A DNA stretch of 48,593 nucleotides, counting the filler, from Bipalium vagum (taxonomy: Eukaryota), in assembly GCA_037834085.1 (NCBI GenBank). It is 2 parts of 2 records of this genome, joined end to end, with 100 filler letters (N's around TTAATTAATTAA, not from the genome) between each part and the next. Parts side by side here need not be neighbours in the genome. Positions count along the whole stretch, not along the records: positions 31,712 to 48,593 come from JBBMKC010088353.1; 1 more part is not named here. One strand, given 5' to 3'. This document shows, in pieces, positions 44,921 through 48,593 of the stretch. Within the stretch, counting starts at the first letter, position 1; each line of letters starts with the position of its first letter. Made by a program: the position numbers and the translations under genes. The notes below the pieces were generated by a model. That model saw nothing but the letters and a program-made list of their open reading frames with translations. It did no database searches and was not told the DNA's origin.

Positions 44921-46470
44921 CACCTGTAACAAAAATATTTTTCTTTTCCCTCTTAATTTTTTAACTTTATTCAATTACGCATGTTATAATAGGAAGGATG
45001 ACAAAATTTAACAGAAATCGGTCGAACCGTTTTAGACTTATATCACTTTTAACAAAATAAAAAATGTCACAAAACTAGCAATACTTTATTACGCAACAGT
45101 ATATTAACCAAAGAAAGAGGTGTTTCTTTGGAGTGACCATATATGATCACCATCATTTCATTTGGTCGACTGTCATCAAAACGATTTTCAAAGACTTGCG
45201 TGGTTTTATGCAGTCTTTTGCCATTTTCATCGGAAAATCTCCCAGAGTGACGTCCAAATTCCTTCTTATGCTTGAAAAGAAGATGCATTGCTAACTCGTT
45301 CACAACCCATTACTGCAAAGATATCCATTAAATCATCTATTCTTTGTTCCCAGTTTTCACTCACTTCCTTACCTAACACACCTTTGACTATCAAACTGGC
45401 AAGGTGTCATAGTACCAGAGAAATTGGAGTCATTAATGAATTTCTGGACCATTGAAAACACCATTTTCAAGTTTGGCTTCAGACTTATTAAATTTATTGC
45501 GAATAAACTTGTAGCAGTTACTATTCTTGTCCAAGGATTTGACAAACTTTCGAAAGAGGCCAAGTTTTATGTGTAAAACAGGTAAAAAAATTTTTTCTGC
45601 TGTTACTAACCGCTGACTGTCATAAGATATACGAAGTGGCCAAATTTTATCCGATTTGAAATCAAGATGACTGTTTCAGGAGTCAAACATGCAGTACAAG
45701 CATGGGTATTTTGCGAATCCACTTTTAAACCCATAATAACATTGAGTACTTTAAGGTCGCACATTATCAGCCATTCATGACTATGGTAATCAAGTACCTC
45801 AATTATTTTCTTGATTGAATCACCTTCTTCTTTCATATGTCCTAAGGCTATTGGAAAGGTAGGCAGATCATTATTTTTGTACAAGAGACCTGCCTTTAGA
45901 CTTTTCATTGAAGAATCTATAAAAGGCACCAATCACTTCTGTTATTCAATCTGTAAAATATTTAGCAAGCCGCCGATATCATGACAAAAATGCATTCCAT
46001 CACGAGAAGAAAAGAAGTCTAGAATAATTTCATTACGTTTCACGATTTACCTTATCGTAACACCAATTAATTGTGTTCGTATAATGAGGATCTTTCCTTA
46101 ACATTGAAAGACATTTTTTGATTTCAAATTGCTCAGATTCAATTCCCTACAAAAATCCTGAAAAGAGTTGGTTGACCATTCAAATCTAGACTCATTTCCA
46201 TTTATATCAAATGCACACGTGCTTGCGTTACTAGAATAAGTACTACTGAAAGGTGACAATGTCGTGCGGTCAGCCAGATCCGGACAATCATTTCTGGGTA
46301 TTTGACAATTGTCAAAATAAAAATAAAAAGGTTTATTTTTTAAAGTCGATTTTTCAATTGAGCAGAAATAGCAAATACCTAAATCATGGGTTTTATTTTC
46401 AGTCCAAATCGCTGGGCACTGAAAAGGCAATTTATAACTGCCATTCCGACTGTACATATATAAATATCGT
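44921..46470 (-). mobile_element. Chapaev3-like (CMC superfamily) DNA transposon pseudogene
   Basis: Motifs LPFQCPAIWTE..HDLGICYFC, FIDSSMKSLKAGLLYKNN, HEWLIMCDLKV and FSDENGKRLH..FENRF. CAC..GTAACAAAAA-like terminus at 44921. Multiple frameshifts. Family assignment is from motif recall. Confidence 0.65.
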
Positions 46471-46479
46471 TCGCTTAGA

Positions 46480-46579
46480 CAGGGTTCGTTAATTAAAGTA
46501 AATTTCTAATTTGGCTAGATTGGAGTATTAAAATTCGTTCGTTATTAAGCAGTGGTTCGTTAAATAGAGGCTTACCTGT
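46480..46579. mobile_element. pogo/Tigger-like terminal fragment
   Basis: Repeated GTTCGTTA subterminal motifs ending in ...AGAGGCTTACCTG-TA. Confidence 0.4.
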
Positions 46580-47434
46580 ATAAATAATTCAAATAGTACA
46601 CGAAGGGTTGCAACGGAATATAATCAATTATAATAATTATTTTTCATTGAAGCGCAAAATACGGCTAATATTATCTTGATTTTAGGATGATTTTGACGAA
46701 CTCTTTTCAGTTTAGATTCATTTTTCGCACTTTATTCAGTTGTTGATTTTTTTCTGCATGGTCCTGATAATCAATGGTTCTCATTTCCAATTTGTCTTTC
46801 AAAATCAATGGGCAAGATCAAATTGATATTTCACTTTCAAAACTCTCTGTTTAGCCATTGCTTTTTTCTTTCCTCAAGGTGTCAGGCGTCGGTTTATGTA
46901 AAAGGTTTCCTGTAACTTTAATTATCTTTCACGAATTCTCTGTCTTTAAAACGCTATACCAGTGTTAAATCAGTGATTGAACCATTTATTATCACGTTAA
47001 CATTTCAGTAGCATTTCCACTGTTCTGAAACATATCGTTCGGTTGACAAAATTTAATAAAAATTCGTTGATCATCAAACATTGAGATTTAAAAAATCAGT
47101 AGTTGATTTTTCATGCAATTACTTAAACAGATTTCTCTCAACTTTATGAACAGAGTATTAAATTAAAGAAAAATTCATCTTCAATATTCAATAAATGTAA
47201 AATGAAAGAATTTATTTTTATAACATAAATAATAATTCAGTTTTTTAAAAAAAATATTTATTGTTTTCTTCATTTTATTGTCTACATTGAGTAAATTTTT
47301 TTTATTAAATCGTCGATTGTTAATGGATTCTTCATATCTGATATCTTATCTAAAGTTAAAAAAATAAATAAAAATTCTAAACTTTAAATAATGACGAAAA
47401 GTGAAATAAAAAAATTTATAAACCTGTAAAATTA

Positions 47435-47950
47435 TTGGGTTCGCAAGAAAATAATTACAGTTTTATTTAAAGTAATACAAGACATGAAACTATGTGAAAC
47501 AATATATTTTTAGTAAATTATGAATTGTCAATTGTTATCAAGGTACTGTTGTCATCTTTCAGAAAGCATAATATTCTTCGTTCATAAAACCTATGGTTTA
47601 TCTGCTAAGAACTGCAAAAGGTTTGATTTGGCGTTATCATCATAAATAAAAATGTTACCATTCAAAAAATTTTTAATAGAACGAAACAAATTGCAGTCGG
47701 AAGAGACGAGGTCTGGAATATGTGGTGGATGTGGTAATACGTTGAGTGGCCAAATAAGTGTGTGGTTTGACGTTGTCATGATGAAAAATAATGTCTTTAT
47801 TGTTTCCAATTTTGGTCGCTCTACTCAGATTTCAGTTTTCAATGTTGTCAACTGATCATTGTAAAGATCAGAATTAACCCATTACCTGTTTGACAAAATT
47901 ACGAAAGTATATGATTCCTTGATATATTGTGTCACCCTAAAAGATTGAAA
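47435..47950 (-). mobile_element. Mariner 3' remnant
   Basis: TA-TTGGGTTCGCAAGAAAATAAT TIR. Minus strand VLPHPPHIPDLVSSDCNLFRSIKNFLNG. Confidence 0.8.
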
Positions 47951-48569
47951 TAACGATTTTTTCACTTTTGAAATTGCATGTCTTTGCTTTGTTATAGAGA
48001 CATATGAACAGTATTCTCATTTAATCAAATCCATTCACAATTTGGAAGCAGTTTTTTTTATTGAGCACAGATCAGGTGTTTTGGACCATTCATTAAGTTT
48101 TGATATGCTATAAGATGTAGGAAAGAAAAAGTAATTCTTTGCTCTCAAATGGGTTAGTCGAACGCGTTCGAGTTAAATACATATTAAGCTCTCGGCGACA
48201 AAAAGGAGACGATGGAAGAAATCCCTATTAGAAAGTGAGCTTCGGATGCAGCAGTAGCTGTTCGAGACAGAAGTAATTTGAGGATTACAGGAATTCTGCA
48301 AACTCCTATTTTATGAAGTAGATACGTTACTTGCTTTTAAACGAATGAGAAAGAACAAAACTAGAAATTATTTAAGAAATGAGAACTGAAAAATATTTGG
48401 AAACTAATTCTGAGAACTGAGAATTTTGAACTCGATGAGTGAAATAGTCAGTAATAATCATTCGTAGGATGTGATAAGACAACAAAATTTTGAATTTTGT
48501 AACTGATTTCTTTTCTTGTGATTATTGTGTATTTTTATTAATTTATCAACTTTTATAACTTATTATTAG

Positions 48570-48593
48570 TATTATTATTATTATTATTATTAT
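48570..48593. repeat. (TAT)n microsatellite at window end
   Basis: About 8 units. Confidence 0.9.

Overview
AT-rich, intron-containing animal genomic DNA, not prokaryotic. The ~50-nt minimal introns, (TAA)n microsatellites and dense mariner relics are planarian/flatworm-like, but the taxon is an inference. The window is two contigs joined by an artificial 100-bp spacer (N44-TTAATTAATTAA-N44, 31612-31711), so the two halves may not be adjacent. The left contig carries the 3' five coding exons of a TRPC-family channel (+ strand, mostly invisible in the ORF track), tail-to-tail with the 3' seven exons of an AGAP/centaurin-gamma ArfGAP gene (- strand). The right contig carries a complete 5-exon RING-Bbox-Bbox-coiled-coil TRIM gene (- strand, ~594 aa, no NHL/filamin/SPRY domain), plus a tentative 3-exon gene end with an eh1-like C-terminus. 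Introns and intergenic DNA hold many decayed transposons: a full-length Mos1-like mariner pseudogene, mariner deletion derivatives, Tc1 (one with D35E spacing), ITmD37E, pogo-like, Chapaev3-like, gypsy, R2-like and a 74-bp piggyBac-type MITE. I found no convincing novel multi-gene system; the best leads are listed as findings.
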